NCBI GenBank assembly: GCA_015058575.1
Contig: SVBZ01000040.1
Location: 8,314-72,313, forward strand
Direction of reading: 5' to 3'
DNA length: 64,000 nucleotides
From: Selenomonas ruminantium
Lineage (GTDB): Bacteria; Bacillota; Negativicutes; Selenomonadales; Selenomonadaceae
The notes beneath the pieces are model-generated. The model was not told the origin of the DNA and made no database searches. It saw only the letters and a list, made by a program, of their open reading frames with translations. This document shows, piece after piece, positions 62,532 through 64,000 of this stretch. A program made the position numbers and the translations under genes. How positions within the stretch are numbered: position 1 is the first letter of the stretch; each line of letters starts with the position of its first letter.

Positions 62532-63383
62532 TTAATGCGAATTGCGATATTCGCGTGGAGAACATTGGAACATTTCCTTGAAGGCCCGTGAAAAGGTCGA
62601 GTAGTCGGCAAAGCCTACCTCGCTGGCAATCTGGGCGATGGGCAGGTCACTGCGCAGCATGTCGCGGGCGAGCAGCAGCCGCTTGCTGCGGATGTACTGA
62701 TGCAGGGCATAGCCTGTATCCGCTTTGAACTTGCGCATCAGATAGAACTTGCTCGTATACGTGTGCGCCGCAAGCGTGTCGATGCTGAGCTCATCGGCCA
62801 GATGCTGGTTGACATAGGCGAGCACTTCCTGGATCTTGGGATCGTAGGTTGCATTTTCAAGTCCGGCGAGTTCATGGCCTTCGAGCAGGCGATTGACGAG
62901 AATCATGAATTCAATGAATAAAAGCTCGGTGTAGAGTCCGTTGGCAAAGCCTTCGCCATGTGCGGCTTTTTCAAGCTTATCCATATGGAAAAGCAGGTCA
63001 TGGCTGGTTCCAGGGGCTTGATGCATGACACTCGCGGTTTCGCGGGCCTGCAGGAAGCAGTGACCAAGATCGGTATGCTCTGGATCTTGACGCTGCCAGC
63101 GTTCGAGAAAGGCTGGAGAGACATAGATGACGATGCGTTCATAGTCAGCTGATCCGGGCAGGAATACAGGGCGGTGGATTTCACCGGCCGAGACAAAGAC
63201 GATATCACGGGCCGTTAGATGATAGGTCTTGCCTTCAATGACGTAATCGACATTGCCGTTCAGGAACAAGATGATTTTATGGAAATCGTGGTAGTGGAAG
63301 GCAATCGGCTGCAGCGTGGGGTCTTTTAGACGGAACACGCGGAAATCGCTGGCAAGATAGCCTTTTTTCTCATAATCGCTCAC
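62532..63383 (-). CDS. AraC-family transcriptional regulator
   Basis: Cupin FHYHDFHKII; C-terminal HTH GFADYSTFSRAFK; SD AAGGAG before GTG 63383. Confidence 0.92.
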   Translation of the reverse strand: MSDYEKKGYLASDFRVFRLKDPTLQPIAFHYHDFHKIILFLNGNVDYVIEGKTYHLTARDIVFVSAGEIHRPVFLPGSADYERIVIYVSPAFLERWQRQDPEHTDLGHCFLQARETASVMHQAPGTSHDLLFHMDKLEKAAHGEGFANGLYTELLFIEFMILVNRLLEGHELAGLENATYDPKIQEVLAYVNQHLADELSIDTLAAHTYTSKFYLMRKFKADTGYALHQYIRSKRLLLARDMLRSDLPIAQIASEVGFADYSTFSRAFKEMFQCSPREYRNSH

Positions 63384-63552
63384 GGAAAAGCTCCTTTCGT
63401 CGCTACAAGGTATATGGCTAGTATAGTACAGTTTTTGCAATATTTAAAGCAGAATTTGTGATTTTATTGCAAATTAAACCTTGCTATAATAAAAGCATCG
63501 AATTTGAGAAAACGCTCGTGAGAGCAGGACGTTAGAAAGGCCGGTGACAGAA

Positions 63553-63876
63553 ATGATGTTGGTTCGCAGCTATCTGGTGGAGGATAAGGAAATCATGGTA
63601 CTTGATGGGACAGCAGGCTACATGCCGGGCGAAGCCGCCATCCGTCTGCTCGCCAGCCGTCAGGGCGTGGGGGCTGACCGCGTGCTCGTCTTTACGGGGA
63701 CGCAGGAAGTTCCGTCGTTTACGGCCTTTACCAGAGAAGGCGTGCGGGAAGAGCTCACTGCTGCGGACTATCGCATCCTGTCAAATAGCAAGGTGGATTA
63801 TGAAATCCGTCTGACCGATTATTTTGTCAGCTGCCTGCGGGCTGCTGACGCAGCCGCTGCAAGTGCGGCCTGCTAA
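63553..63876 (+). CDS. Small protein resembling the N-terminal part of diaminopimelate epimerase
   Basis: IRLLASRQGVGADRVLV resembles the DapF 'lcdRhfGvGaDgvl' segment; own terminator at ~63885-63919. Confidence 0.55.
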   Translation: MMLVRSYLVEDKEIMVLDGTAGYMPGEAAIRLLASRQGVGADRVLVFTGTQEVPSFTAFTREGVREELTAADYRILSNSKVDYEIRLTDYFVSCLRAADAAAASAAC

Positions 63877-64000
63877 AAGGAACACAAGAGGCTTCCTCGT
63901 TTGAGGAAGCCTTTTTGTTTTGGTGTGGACCGGGCAGAATTAAAGAAATTCCAAGCTGGCTTTAAACGGTTTCAAAGAATAAGATCTCAGAATAGTAGCT

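Overview
64-kb chromosomal window of a ~55% GC anaerobic Firmicute. The proteins look Negativicutes/Selenomonadaceae-like (my impression, not a database result). Most of it is core genome, nearly all on the + strand. It holds a Leu T-box with leuA, dtd, greA-lysS, nagB-nagE-EIIA, and a 14-gene anaerobic cobalamin cluster (cbiT to cobC). It also holds rplM-rpsI, a Trp T-box operon (trpF-C-B-A-orf-E-G, no trpD), clpB, map with a DEAD helicase, a PPi-type pfk, four tRNAs and rpmG-secE-nusG-rplKA-rplJL-rpoBC. The one clearly accessory block is 31.5-34.0 kb. It starts with an Rpn/PD-(D/E)XK nuclease gene that has an AT-richer tail and a strong in-frame internal RBS+ATG (candidate intragenic antitoxin). 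Next is a 1.55-kb segment bounded by ~80-85 bp inverted repeats whose hairpins covary; it carries a nonsense-mutated serine recombinase and an AT-rich orphan. A TTGAC/GTCAA pentamer recurs in non-coding DNA, most strikingly as a 6 x 7-bp array right after the lysS stop and inside the cassette ends. Other oddities: a frameshifted nagE, a LysRS with a fused tRNA-binding domain, a ~155-aa repeat insertion in RpoC, and a short DapF-like protein without catalytic motifs. All assignments come from motif recognition by eye; no searches were run.
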